Source of the DNA: Mytilus californianus
Taxonomy: Eukaryota
Direction: 5' to 3'
Assembly: GCF_021869535.1 (NCBI RefSeq)
Contig: NW_026262679.1
Span: 27,404,001-27,468,000, forward strand
DNA: 64,000 nt
In this document: piece after piece, positions 62,413-64,000 of the stretch
Position numbering within the stretch: the stretch's first letter is position 1
How the letters are laid out: every line of letters begins with the position of its first letter
Position numbers and translations under genes: made by a program
Notes under the pieces: generated by a model
The model's database searches: none
What the model saw: only the letters and a program-made list of their open reading frames with translations
What the model was told of the DNA's origin: nothing

Positions 62413-64000
62413 AATTTGTTTAACCATGTGATATTTTATACAGAACCAATACTAAACAATGGTTGTGCTACATTTGCTCATTTACTTTTATACTATGTTC
62501 CTCAATGAACTCAAACTTGTTATTCCTTTTATGTTTGTCTGGAGACACAAGGACTCTTTTCGTAAAAAATCTTAAGATTGAAATTCATTGTTCAATATAG
62601 AACAAATTGTTTGTAAGAAATGAATTTTGTTCAAAGATATTTTGAAATAGATGTCCACATTGTATATTTGTTCTGTCTAACTGCTGGTACAGTTTGTGAA
62701 ATTCAATACTTCATTCTTTTAAGTTTTTGTTTACACAATCAGTATTTCCAGTTCTAAACTGAATTAATATATAATCATATTTTTAGTTACCCTCGAAAAA
62801 GGGGGAGTAAATCAGTGTTAATAATTTTGTTACAAAAATATGTTTTCTTCTTTCAATTTTGAAATGAAATATTGTAAATCTTAGCTGCATAGAGAACTTA
62901 TCATCTTAAATTAATGATCTGATAATTTATCTTTAAAGTTTTCAGTACCGATCGGTTTGGCTAGATTGAGATATTATTTGTGTTCAAAAAGTCAAGATAT
63001 TACCTCAAAGCCTTTTTAACTGGTTAATTTTAGAATTTTTTAGCCCAACTTTCTTTATAATGAAATGTTATTTACTGAAAACAGTTTAGATAAATTATTG
63101 TTTTATTTGACTTTAAATAAAATTTGACTAATTTAATCCCTGCTTTTTCAAATTAATTGTTTATTTATTCAGATGGTAGTCTGGGGACCGACCATTTTGT
63201 ATCGTATGAATTAGTTTTGTTTTCACATGAACAAATAACATGTCCCCAAAATATATATGCACTGTACATGTGTATGATATAAAAATACTATTGGCAGCTT
63301 AAATGGAATCTCATTCTGTAACTCAGTATCAATAATAACGAGAAAAATTCAGCTATCAGGCATAGCCACTGTTTTCTTTTAAATAAAGAGGTCCATGTTT
63401 CATAAAAGGATGTATAGTATCTGACCAGTCTTTACAAATTCGCCGTTTCAGAGGCTAAAGGACTATGGGTAGTTTCGTTGTTCGTACCACAAAATGAAAA
63501 TAATGTTACATCCTTGGTTGAATTTCCATTGTTTAGGACGTATTGAAGCAATCACAATATTTTGGTGTATGCTTTTGAATATATTACCCAGAACGCATTA
63601 GATTCAGAAACGGCTAATTATACACATAATGATAGTGTCTTGTTGTAGGTACAATCCTTTTGTGAAATAAGGATCAATTCTTTAGAACTTGTTCAATATC
63701 TAACCATTATCAATACGATTCTCTGTATGAGATATCCATTCTTACCATGTGTCTTAGTAGATATGTTATTTAGTGTATGTGTATATTGAAATATATTTGT
63801 CAGTTTTTTTTTTAATGTTTCCTTTATTTGAAGAGTGAAATATATTGTTTTTGATCTGTTCACATGTTTGCCTGTTCGCCCTTTAAAAAAAGTTGTCAGA
63901 ACATATTCTCCTGCATTTAATTTTGGAATGAAAGAATTTTACTAAATGGCTTCATGCCGTGCACAGATATGCTAGAGATAAAAGATCGATTTTGTGGATT

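Noticed and set aside
62780-63700. AATAAA at 63116 and 63382 as the MCTP polyA signal
   Set aside because: The region looks TE-derived and AATAAA is frequent at this AT content, so it cannot be assigned without 3' reads.

Overview
AT-rich, intron-rich eukaryotic DNA, probably from a bivalve and most likely Mytilus (inferred from repeat families and composition). One + strand gene spans the window: MCTP (multiple C2 and transmembrane domain protein). Eighteen shared exons were reconstructed by hand from 22226 to the TGA at 62412, all with GT-AG introns and consistent phases, encoding C2A, C2B, C2C and the C-terminal hydrophobic region. Up to three phase-0 N-terminal exons (4514, 16449, 20086) can feed into them; the 20086 isoform is 837 aa. 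The introns hold many non-autonomous elements: Helentron-type HINEs with 147-166 bp internal satellites (some nested, all in one orientation), MITEs, SINE-like fragments and minisatellites. No autonomous transposase or RT ORF, RNA gene or CRISPR array was seen. The main oddities are an in-frame 48-bp duplication of an exon end plus its splice donor, candidate 6-nt and 15-nt microexons, a promoter-like cassette inside a MITE, a MEF2/GATA cluster, and a 12-8-12 recombinase-like site. I found no clearly new multi-gene system.
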